Of a stretch of DNA of 64,000 bases, positions 63,971 through 64,000 are shown piece after piece. Positions within the stretch are counted from its first letter, which is position 1. Each line of letters opens with the position of its first letter. The stretch covers positions 22,234 through 86,233 of the forward strand of contig JAZSJH010000005.1 in NCBI GenBank assembly GCA_045534265.1, in the 5' to 3' direction. Under the pieces are notes generated by a model that ran no database searches, was not told where the DNA came from, and was given only the letters and a program-made list of their open reading frames with translations. The stretch is from Clostridia bacterium (GTDB taxonomy: Bacteria; Bacillota; Clostridia; Christensenellales; UBA1242). Both the position numbers and the translations under genes were made by a program.

Positions 63971-64000
63971 ATGAAGTTTGAAGAATTAAAAAAGAGTTTA
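63971..64000 (+). CDS. 5' end of the next gene (possibly holA, by synteny only), partial
   Basis: The ATG lies 4 nt after the comEC stop (MKFEELKKSL...). In Firmicutes, holA commonly follows comEC. Confidence 0.25.
   Translation, partial: MKFEELKKSL

Noticed and set aside
1-64000. Search for CRISPR arrays, IS elements, transposases, integrases and rRNA genes
   Set aside because: No regularly spaced short repeats with unique spacers were seen. The only tandem repeats are coding (the 360-bp module and the PQ, G-X-Y and S/R tracts). No ORF shows DDE, tyrosine or serine recombinase motifs. No rRNA-like sequence was found.

Overview
This 64-kb window comes from a low-G+C, endospore-forming Bacillota (Clostridia-like) chromosome. 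It is almost entirely protein-coding, mostly on the + strand. The core content is as follows. (1) A dcw cell-wall/division cluster: PBP tail, murE, mraY, murD and ftsW/spoVE, then murA, ftsQ, ftsA and ftsZ, split by about 7.6 kb of unrelated genes. (2) The sporulation block spoIIGA-sigE-sigG-ylmC, followed by nrdR, feoAB, der, plsY and spoIVA. (3) A seven-tRNA operon on the - strand (Gly-Arg-His-Gln-Gln-Lys-Leu) plus single tRNA-Lys(CTT) and tRNA-Glu(CTC) genes. (4) RNA-modification genes: U32 peptidase, tcdA, ttcA-like, rlmD-like and rsmD. (5) SAM-I riboswitch-metK, glycine T-box-glyQS, pgi, galU, alr, gpsA, dut and comEC. I found no rRNA genes, CRISPR array, transposase or integrase. The most interesting accessory locus is a 1.9-kb A+T-rich islet at 45.6-47.6 kb. 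It is bounded by perfect 41-bp direct repeats that duplicate the 3' end and terminator of tRNA-Lys(CTT). It carries its own promoter and a tight two-gene operon: an AbiH-like abortive-infection protein and an uncharacterised 200-aa protein with a His-Me/HNH-like motif. This is a candidate two-gene anti-phage module with no mobility gene. Other accessory features are: an Mrr-type restriction gene; an XRE cassette bracketed by duplicated terminator hairpins, with a perfect palindromic operator in its promoter spacer; a wHTH-containing four-gene cassette of unknowns; a five-gene translationally coupled membrane/lipoprotein operon of unknown function; and an orphan PD-(D/E)xK-like gene next to dut and tRNA-Glu. 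Further observations: an 11-G homopolymer sits exactly in the 17-bp spacer of a promoter-like element in front of a collagen-repeat/SGNH lipoprotein. That gene ends in a 360-bp tandem duplication whose copies differ only at synonymous sites. Also noted are a tRNA-His with two U-U mismatches in its acceptor stem, degenerate metallo-beta-lactamase motifs in ComEC and in a nearby lipoprotein, and a cluster of micro-ORFs. All functional calls come from motif recognition by eye. No database search was run.
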